Assembly: GCA_951406725.2 (NCBI GenBank)
Contig: OX597831.1
Location: forward strand, 40,548,001 to 40,612,000
Source: Octopus vulgaris
Taxonomy: Eukaryota
Direction: 5' to 3'
DNA length: 64,000 bases
The notes beneath the pieces were generated by a model. That model saw only the letters and a program-made list of their open reading frames with translations. It had not been told where the DNA came from and ran no database searches. A program made the position numbers and the translations under genes. Below, piece by piece: positions 54,611 to 64,000 of this stretch. Numbering within the stretch: the first letter of the stretch is position 1; the number at the start of each line of letters is the position of its first letter.

Positions 54611-55107
54611 GAGAGGATAAGTCGATTACAACGACCTCTTCCCCAGGGATTAACTGGTACCTATTTTATTTTATGAGCCTTTCTAGCGATATTAACATCA
54701 TATGACACGAATTATGAAGACATTGCATTGCATTTCACGTAAAGTGTGCCAACCTTCTGAATGAAAAGTCGCTTGAAAAGGGGGCTACAAGAAGTTTTAA
54801 TTTTGAGCCTATAAACACGAACACGAAATCCACCGCTCAAAATCTGGTTTATCCGCAGTCAGCTCTGAGAATAAAAAAAACTTATGGACGTAGATATCAA
54901 GTTATGACTGGCCATTTTCTTCTGTAATTTTCAGTTATGTTATATCCAGAATTACATTAACTAATGTGTTCTTTATTGAAGATAGTTTGTTTTAATTAGA
55001 AATATGGCGGCAATTCCTAGCTACGCAGTGATTCTATTGTTTGATTGAGTTCTTTGAATGTATCGTTGGATGGTATAGTTCACTGCAGTAAGCAGCAACA
55101 TTTAATA

Positions 55108-55412
55108 TTCTTTTCTACTCTAGGCACATGGCCCGAAATTTTGTGGAGGTGGGCAGTCGATTAGATCGACCCCAGTACGCAGCTGGTACTTAATTTATCG
55201 ACCCCGAAAGAATGAAAGGCAAAGTCGACCTCGTCGGAATTCGAACTCAGAACGTAAAGACAGACGAAATACCTATTTCTTTATTACCCAGAAGGGGCTA
55301 AACATAGAGGGGACAAACAAGTCGACCTCGGCGGAATTTGAACTCACAACGTAACGGCAGACGAAATACGGCCACGCATTCGCCCGCCGTGCTAACGTTT
55401 CTGCCAGCTCAC
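55108..55412 (-). mobile_element. SINE family A, dimeric copy with an internal deletion
   Basis: Reverse complement of the family sequence. Confidence 0.85.
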
Positions 55413-55650
55413 CATTTGGTTAGACGGGAAGGGCAACATACAAGGCTCTTTATACATTTCCAGTACTTCCAGATACTAGTGCTGTGGTTCCCAAGCTTTT
55501 TCGGGCTGCCGCCACTCTTGACACCCAGACCACATTCCTAGCGCCCCCACCCCAACTAACCTTCACAAACATAGAACTCTTTCTGATGCAAATTCAAAGC
55601 AACTGTATTTCACAAATAGAACTTAACCTAACGTAGAAACCTAACATATA

Positions 55651-56060
55651 GGCGTAGGAGTGGCTGTGTGGTAAGTAGCTTGCTTACGAACCACATGGTT
55701 CCGGGTTCAGTCCCACTGCGTGGCACCTTGGGCAAGTGTCTTCTACTATAGACTCGGGCCGACAAAAAACTTGTCAGTGGATTTGGTAGACAGAAACTGA
55801 AAGAAACCCGTCGTATATATGTATATACATATGTATGTGTGTGTATATATGTTTGTGTGTCTGTGTTTGTCCCCCCAACATCGTTTGACAACCGATGCTG
55901 GTACGTTTACGTTCCCGTAACATAACGGTTCGGCAAAAGAGACCGATAGAATAAGTACTAGGCTTACAAAGAATAAGTCCTGGGGTCGATTTGCTCGACT
56001 AATGGCAGTGCTCCAGCATGGCCGCAGTCAAATGACTGAAACAAGTAAAAGAATAAAGAG
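55651..56060 (+). mobile_element. SINE family B, full length
   Basis: Head, body and tail present. Confidence 0.9.
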
Positions 56061-56625
56061 TCGAGAGGAACACTACAAGGCATTGTCTCCTACTCGCTGG
56101 CAGTTCTTCAAATGATTCCTTCTGGACTAATATTTTATTTTATTGACCTCGAAAGAATGAAAGCTAAAGTTGACCTCAGTGTGAAAACAAAACATACGGA
56201 AGGTCATTTTGGTCTACGCTTCCATGTTTCTGTCGGTTTGAGTCCTCGTTAGGTGGATTTGAATTCCTCCCATAAGAAAGTATGCACACGGGCGTGTATG
56301 TGTGAGTGTGTGTGTGTGTTCATGTGTGAGCGTGTGTGTGTGAATGTGTGTGTGCATGTGTGCGTGTGTATGTGCGCATGTGTGCATTTGCGCATTGCAT
56401 CTGTGTGTGCATGTGCATGTGTATGTGTATGTATATGCATGTGCATGTGCGTGCATGTGTGTGCATGTCGGGGGGTGTATGTGCGCATGTATGCATGTGC
56501 ATGTGTGTGTATGTGTGTGCATGTGTGCGTGTATATGTGCGCATGTGTGTATGTGTGTGCATGTGTGCGTGTATATGTGCGCATGTGTACATGTGCATGT
56601 GTGTGTATGTGTGCGCATTTGTGCA

Positions 56626-56665
<40 letters not shown>

Positions 56666-57392
56666 TGTAAAGGTTATCATTGTACACATAAGTGACTTGA
56701 GAGCAACAAATGTTAGGGCTGGCCACCCGATCTCCATGGTGAAAGAGTGATCGGACCCACAACGTTGCACCTGAACGAAATGTGCGCAATGTGCGGGGTT
56801 ACCTCTTTACGGCCGGGTGGACCAGAGCGAAAGGTAATGAAGTGTTTTACTTAAGAACACAACGCCACATACCCCAACCCCCACACCTCGATCTGGGAAT
56901 CGAAATTAAAACCTTGCAATCGTGAGTTCAACACCCTAACCATTAAGCCATGTGCCTTCGCATATGCGCATTAGTCCACAGTTTCATCCTAAGAGGTTTT
57001 AGGATACGCGTCTCTCATCCGCTCAACATTACAGAAACAAAGAATAAGTATTGCTCCTAAGGATCCTCAACAATCGGACAAGGAACGTATTAGCTTTGAA
57101 CATATTTTTTGAAAAAAATTTCTTGGGCCCCAGAATTCACAACACGGTTTACCAGGTTTCCATAGCGTATAAAAACCCGAGATGACAACCTTGGGGCGTC
57201 AATCCATTGCAAGATTTTAGAGGAGAGGAGACAAGCCTATTTCAAATCTCACAATCGTTAATTGACCCTTGAACAAGTTCCTTCATAGGTTCTGATGTCA
57301 CAGAGACTGAACCACACTCCATATGTATATTATTAGACATAGCTCCCTGAAGAATGTGAACCATGGGGGTAATTTCAGGGTGTGTGGATTTT

Positions 57393-57746
57393 TCGATTAC
57401 ATCGACTCTAGTACTCAACTGGTACTTATTTTATCGATCCCGAAAGGATGAAAGGTAATGTCGGAATTTCAAACCAGGGCGTAAAGACGGACGAAATACC
57501 GCTAAGCACTTTGTTCGACACGCTAGCGATCTGCCAGCTCGCCGTCTTGAAACAATAGTAATACTGATTTCAAATTCTGGCACAAGGTCAGCAATTTCAA
57601 GAAAGGCGTATTTCGATTACATCGACTCCGAAGGGATGAAAAGCAAAGTCGACCCCGGCGGAATTTGAAGTCAGTACATAAAGAGATACGAAATGCCGCT
57701 AAGCATTTCGCCCGGCGTGCTAACGTTTCTGCCAGTTTGCTGTCTT
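57393..57746 (-). mobile_element. Two decayed SINE-A monomers
   Basis: Repeated cgattacatcgactc...ggatgaaa...gctaagca...ctgccag. Confidence 0.75.
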
Positions 57747-58141
57747 AATCCGAACTACAAATTATGAAGCCAGCATCTTCAAACCAACAAATATAAGTGA
57801 GCATGTCATTGCATCATTATGTTACAGTGTTGGGTATAGTATAATGTTTGTTTCATTTTATACGGCCGCGTAAGGTGATTGCCAACCAAATTTGAAGAGA
57901 TCATCACCTGCTTATGGTATACAATTCCCCACCGGCAGATGTCCCTCTGATATTTCAATGGTTTCGCTAGGGATCCGTAACTGTAGACAGCGGCCCATAG
58001 ACAATTTCTGTGGCATCCAGTTAAATCAGCGACTAGCATCAGAGAGTTGGTGTCAAGTTTTGAAGTAATGATTAGGGTCGTCACACTTCCTATTTCTAGC
58101 ATGTCAGTTGATCACACAGGAACACCAACAATAGGCTCTAT

Positions 58142-58908
58142 ATTCTTTTCTACTCTAGGCACAAGGATGAAAGGCAAAGTCGACCTCGGTGGAATTTGAA
58201 CTCAGAACGTAAAGACAGACGAAATATTGCTAAGTATTTCACACGGCGTGCTAACGTTCCTTATTTTTTTATTACCCACAAGGGACTAAACATAGAGGGG
58301 ACAAACAAGGACAGACAAACGGATTAAGTCAATTATATCGACCCCAATGTGTAACTGCTACTTATTTAATCGACCCCGAAATGATGAAAGGCAAAATCGA
58401 CCTTGGCGGAATTTGAACTCAGAACGTAAGGACAGACGAAATACCTATTTCTTTACTATCCACAAATGGCTAAACACAGGAAGGACAAACAAGGACAGAC
58501 AAACGGATTAAGTCGATTATATCGACCCCAGTGCGTAACTGGTATTTAATTTATCGATCCCGAAAGGATGAAAGGCAAAGTCGACCTCGGCGGAATTTGA
58601 ACTCAGAACGTATCGGCAGACGAAATACCGCTAAGCATTTCGCCCAACGTGCTAACGTTCCTGCCTGCTTGCCGCCTTTGTAGAAGAAAAATATTCTTTT
58701 TTACTCTAGGCACAAGGCCCGAAACTTTTGGGGAGAGACCAATCGATTAGATCGACCCCAGTACGCAACCGGTACTTAATTTATCGACCCCGAAAGTATA
58801 AAAGGCAAAGTCGCCCTCGATGGAATTTGAACTCAGAACATAAAGACAGACGAAATATCGCTAAACATTTCACTCAGCGTGCTAACGTTTCTGCCAGCTC
58901 GCCGCCTT
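58142..58908 (-). mobile_element. SINE family A multimer (four bodies)
   Basis: Four tandem ggaatttgaactcagaac B-box units. Confidence 0.9.
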
Positions 58909-59334
58909 AACACTAGCTCTATATTGAAAACGTTTTTGTTACTTAACCTACACGGCAGCTCGGATAGATCAAAACACTCCAAAAGTGACCATCGCGGTGA
59001 TAAATTTCTACATCGAGGACGAAACTGATTAATATGTACCTCGTTTAATCTTGAAACAGCAAATAATGATTTGGGTGATTTTTGCTGCTTTTTCTTGCAG
59101 CTGGAGTGGTTGCATGGAAACCCCCATGACAGAGTTTATAAAGCATGTATTGGTGATGTGTGAGGGATGGTGATGTATGAGGGGAGGGGTGGATAAGCAA
59201 GTAAACATAACACATCTAATCTAAAAAGAAAATTACTTTCTCGAAAACAAACATTTCGGAATGATGGATAGCTTACAAGACCAAAGCCACAATATTTAGG
59301 AGCAAAATGAGAAAGAAAATAAATAGCACATTGG

Positions 59335-59998
59335 ATGATAATGATGATGATAATGCTAATGATGATGATGATGATGATGATGGTGATGATGATAATAATA
59401 ATAATAATAATAACAATAATAACAATAATATTAATAATAATGTTGGTGGTAGTGGTAGTGGTGGTGGTGGTGACAGGATGATGATGATGATGGTGATGAT
59501 GATCATCAGGTTGATAATGACGATGATGATGATGATGATGGTGATGGTGATGATGATGGTGATGACGACCAGGCTGCTGCTGATGATGATGATGATTATG
59601 ATGATGAGGATGATGGTGATGATGACGACGACGATGATAATTATCTCGATGACGACGATGATAATGTCTGTGCTGGTGGTGATGGTGACGTCGAGGGTGG
59701 TTACGGTGACGGTTGTGGTATAGGTGGTGTTGCTGCTGCTGCTGCTACTGATGATAATGATGATAATGGCGGTGGTGGTTGTGATGGTGGTGGTAATAAA
59801 AATCTCAACTATAACACCCTCACAACTGCCACCACCATCACAACGGCGATAAGGACCACCACCACTAACAACAACAATAAGAATGACAATAACAATAATA
59901 ATAATAATTTATATGATAATAATAATAATATTAATAATAATAATAATAATGATAATAATAATAATAATAATAATAACAGCAACAACAACAATAATAAA
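59335..59998. repeat. Compound trinucleotide microsatellite (GAT, AAT, GGT, CAA)
   Basis: Read directly. Confidence 0.9.
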
Positions 59999-60492
59999 AA
60001 AATTTTAAATACGATATTTCGTTGATTTTCGTTATTTTTCACAAAAAGTCATTCATATCTACATTTGATTGAGTGAAACTATAGAATTTCCACAATAAAA
60101 AGCTAGTAATGGTGGGGGTGGGGTGGAGGTGTTGGTGGGGGTGGTGGTCGTCATCGTCGTCGTCGTCGTGGCGGTGATGGTGGTGGTGATAGTGATGAGG
60201 TCAGGTGTGGGGTTCTAATATTTGATGCCTTATAGTTTGGCGCCGACACCGAAGGATTAAATCTACTTTGTATAGCAACAATTCATTCAACACGTGATTT
60301 ATAACGAGCAACCAACAACAAGAACAAGAACAACAATAATAATAATAATAATGATAATATTTTCTACAACAGTCGCAAGGCATGAAATTTTGGGGAAAGG
60401 GAATAAGTCGATTACATCGACTCCAGTACTCAACTGGTACTTAATCTATCGACCCCGAAAAGATGAAAGGCAAAGTCGACCTCGGCGGAATT

Positions 60493-60599
<107 letters not shown>

Positions 60600-60601
60600 T
60601 C

Positions 60602-61032
60602 ATTCTTTTATTAGCCACAAGGGCTCACATAAAGCAACATTAAATGCCATGCTACAACATAAAAGACAAAAACAGGACGGTACAATCTGTTTTTCAGCGT
60701 GTAAACAATATAAATAATAATTAAAATTGAACAAATTAAAACTCCCCATAGGGGAGGCGCTTTAAGGTCCTCGTGAAAAAACCCAGAAGAGCCACGGTTG
60801 CCTGATCAACAGAGCAAGAGCCCTTCTACTTTAATTCCCCCGCCTTTTTTTACAGGAGCACACGTAGAATTGGTCCTTTCACACTGGTCATTCTTCCAAT
60901 ATTCACCCACCTTTCAACAAACGTACCACAAATTGAAAAAGTTGATGAGGGTTTGGCCAAAGAAGAAAATGTCTGTCTTCGGCCCTTTCAAACAGGTCCA
61001 CCATACTACCTCTTTCGCTACAGCCGCAAACA
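60602..61032 (-). mobile_element. Probable 3' end of an L1/Tx1-type LINE
   Basis: Minus strand AVAKEVVWWTCLKG...GQTLINFF resembles the K..IW..R C-terminal motif of L1/Tx1 ORF2. Ends in aataaaag next to a long (AAT)n. Confidence 0.35.
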
Positions 61033-61051
61033 AATAATAATAATAATAATA

Positions 61052-61995
61052 ATTCTGGCTGATAAATGGCAAGAAAAACCTCTCAATGGCAAATACCCAA
61101 AGAGAACGAATAATGCCGATGTTGACAAAGCCCTTACCCATCACTGGCAAATGGCTTCTGGCTTAAAATCAGAAACAGAAGGGTTTATCACAGCAGCCCA
61201 ACATCAATGCCTACCTACAAGGAACTACCAGGCCAACATGTTAAAGAACGACGTCAACAATAAAATGAGACCATTGATCATGTTGTCTTCATGTGCAGTT
61301 TTCTTGCGCCTTCAGAGTATCTCAACAGGCATGATAGAGCTGCACAATATATTCACTGGGTAATTTGCAAAAACCTGGACTTGCCCCATGATAAAAAATG
61401 GTTGGAATACAAACCACCCCCAGTGCTTGAAAATGATCACATCTCACTCCTCTGGAACTTCACCATTCAAACCAACAGAAAGATGCAAATCAGCCAGACA
61501 TCATATTGAAAGACATCAGACAAAAATCATGCCTCCTCATTGATATGAATGTCCCAATCGATATAAACGTATCTGTCAAGACCTACTTAAATCTGAGTGA
61601 GTATAAAGACATTGAAATAGAAATTAGCAAAATGTGGGACCTGAAGACTAAAACAATACCTGTTGTCATAGGTACCGTAGGAATGAAAGCAAAAGGGGCT
61701 GAGTGCTACCTAGCTCAGATACTAGGAAACCCCAAAATGGCAGAAATTCAAAAGATAGTGCTCATGGGAACTGACCATAACCTACGTAAAATACTGTCTA
61801 TGTAATCTAAAATTTTAAAACAAACATAATTTACTTATGGTTTCTTAAACATTCTCTAGAACAACACTATGTACAAAACCAAATATATGGCACCATAGGC
61901 ATAACACCAACATGAACTTCTAACTTGTTGTCTCTTGAGGTCTCTGGGTGAGACTCGGATCCAACTTGTACAAATATAAAGCAAAAGTCAAACAT
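61052..61995 (+). mobile_element. R4/Dong-type LINE, second 5'-truncated copy of the 34485-35978 family
   Basis: DKWQEKPL.GKYPKR, GLKSETEGFI, YLNRHDR, EIQKIVLMGT..LRKILSM. Shared 3' UTR; (TAA)n on both sides. Confidence 0.92.
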
Positions 61996-61997
61996 AA

Positions 61998-62064
<67 letters not shown>

Positions 62065-62065
62065 T

Positions 62066-62098
<33 letters not shown>

Positions 62099-62125
62099 TA
62101 GTAGCAGCAGTAGTAGTAGCAGTGA

Positions 62126-62173
<48 letters not shown>

Positions 62174-62429
62174 AAATAGTAGTAGCAGCAGCAGCTAAAT
62201 TATGATGCCCAAGGAAATAAAACTGCACCCAGTTCTGCTATATCCCGTCCTTGGTTCTGTAATGAAATGGCGATTGGTGTTCGTTCTTAGATTTTGTTCA
62301 ATTTTAATTTAATATATTTCATGGGGAGGGGGTGCGTGTGGGTGGGGGTGGGAAGTATGTGTATACTCTCGAAACTTGATAATTAGTTTTTGATCGATAT
62401 CTCGAAGTCGGACAAGTTAAAGACGAATA

Positions 62430-62441
62430 ATTATAATAATG

Positions 62442-62496
<55 letters not shown>

Positions 62497-62535
62497 TAAT
62501 AGTAGCAGCAGTAGTAATAGTAGTGGTAGTAACAA

Positions 62536-62568
<33 letters not shown>

Positions 62569-62696
62569 AGATAATGATGATGAGGGGGTTGGAGGATGGA
62601 GAGGGAGCAGGAGTAGTAGTAGTAGTAGTAGAAGAAGAAGGAGAAGAAGAAGAAGAAGAAGAAGAAGAAGAAGAAGAAGAAGAAGAAGAAGAAGAA

Positions 62697-62728
<32 letters not shown>

Positions 62729-62827
62729 AGAAGGAGTAGTAGGAGAAGAAGAACAAGAAGAAGAAGAACAAGAAGAAGAACAAGAACAAGAAGAACAAGA
62801 AGAACAAGAACAAGAACAAGAACAAAA
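62430..62827. repeat. Compound (AAT)n-(AGT)n-(GAA)n microsatellite
   Basis: Read directly. Confidence 0.95.
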
Positions 62828-63552
62828 GCCATGACATGTGATAGGTGGCGCCACGTACTTAAAAAAGGAAAGATAAATGAACGAGTGTGAAAGTTCAAGA
62901 AAGTAAGACAAAAACTGGCAAAAAGAAACAATATCGGTTTATTATTTCAAGGTAACATTCCACAACTTCATAAATATTTAGATATTATGTATATATATGC
63001 ATATACACATACATACACACACATACATACGTGCATATATACATACATACTTATATACACACACACACACACACACATACATACACCCATACACATATAC
63101 ACACGTACATATATATATATGTATACAGACACGCATAGAGATATGCATATATATATGTATACATATATATCTACAAACACACACACACACATATATACAT
63201 ACACACATATATATATATATATACACATATGTATACACATATATATACACATATATATATATATATACACAGAGACACATATATTTTGTACATATGCCCT
63301 TATTCAAAAATACATGTCAGTATATTTACATGCATACGTACACATACACATATTTATATGCTAATACATATACATTCATAAATATATATATATATATATA
63401 AATATATGCATAGCCATCTAAATCTGTCTGTCTCGTTTTCTCTCCCTCTATCTATCTATTTATGTATCTATCTATCTATCTATATATATATATATATATA
63501 TATATTTGTGAGTCTATGGTTATGTCTTTGTGTATGCATTTATCCATATACT

Positions 63553-63590
<38 letters not shown>

Positions 63591-63592
<2 letters not shown>

Positions 63593-64000
63593 GAGGGGAG
63601 TTCAATAAGTAATTCCCCTGACCCACTTCCCTTAGCAGTAGAGCAACGAAACTTGGTACAGTTATTAGTATTTTTCTACATAGGAACCACATAGGCTGAT
63701 CATCTGGGATACATAGGCTGCATCATCTGGGAAACGCTTTCCTTTCAAAAATAACTTCATGGCTGGGAAGAGGTGAAAATCAGAGGGTGCAAGGTCAGGA
63801 GAGTAGGGCGATGGGGGAGGAGTTCATAGCTGCACGCCTGTGCTTCTGATCTGGCGACAAGCGAGTTGTAGACCGGAGCGTTGTCCTGCAGGAAGGGGAT
63901 GCCTTTGCTGATCTTGCCCCGCCTCTTGATTTTGATAGCTTCTCTTAATTTCCTCAAAAGTGAAGCATAATAGGCTCCTGTAATTGTGTACCCTTTGCCA
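63591..64000 (-). pseudogene. Mariner transposon 3' end with TIR (runs off the window)
   Basis: ta-cgaggggagttcaataagt TIR. The minus strand encodes KLREAIKIKRRGK...LQDNAPV...YELLPH and, after a frameshift, DLAPSDF. Confidence 0.9.

Noticed and set aside
57790-58140. Unique segment as a host exon (ORF 57806-58102)
   Set aside because: No recognisable domain or splice support.

Overview
An AT-rich, microsatellite-saturated animal genomic window with no host protein-coding exon that I can support. Almost all ORFs in the track are translations of (TA)n, (CA)n, (TAGA)n, (TACA)n and (AAT)n repeats. The SINE repertoire and repeat density resemble octopus / coleoid cephalopod DNA (inference from recalled repeat sequences, not a search). 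Contents: many copies of at least four tRNA-derived SINE families, 3' fragments of R4/Dong-type (RLE) LINEs sitting in (TAA)n, one CR1-group LINE fragment, decayed mariner transposons, non-autonomous Helitron-like elements, and a decayed Penelope-type GIY-YIG endonuclease segment. The main signal is a set of short non-coding elements, mostly abutting (TA)n tracts, that carry hammerhead ribozyme (HHR) motifs and often direct plus inverted terminal duplications. Three are near-intact type I HHRs with palindromic stem III (16218-16308, 25744-25816, 31130-31186) and several more are decayed. Three further motifs (15488-15549, 42216-42277, 52430-52495) have the three HHR strands in a non-circularly permuted order, with compensatory stem I changes between two of them. 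Repeat boundaries were read by eye and are approximate.
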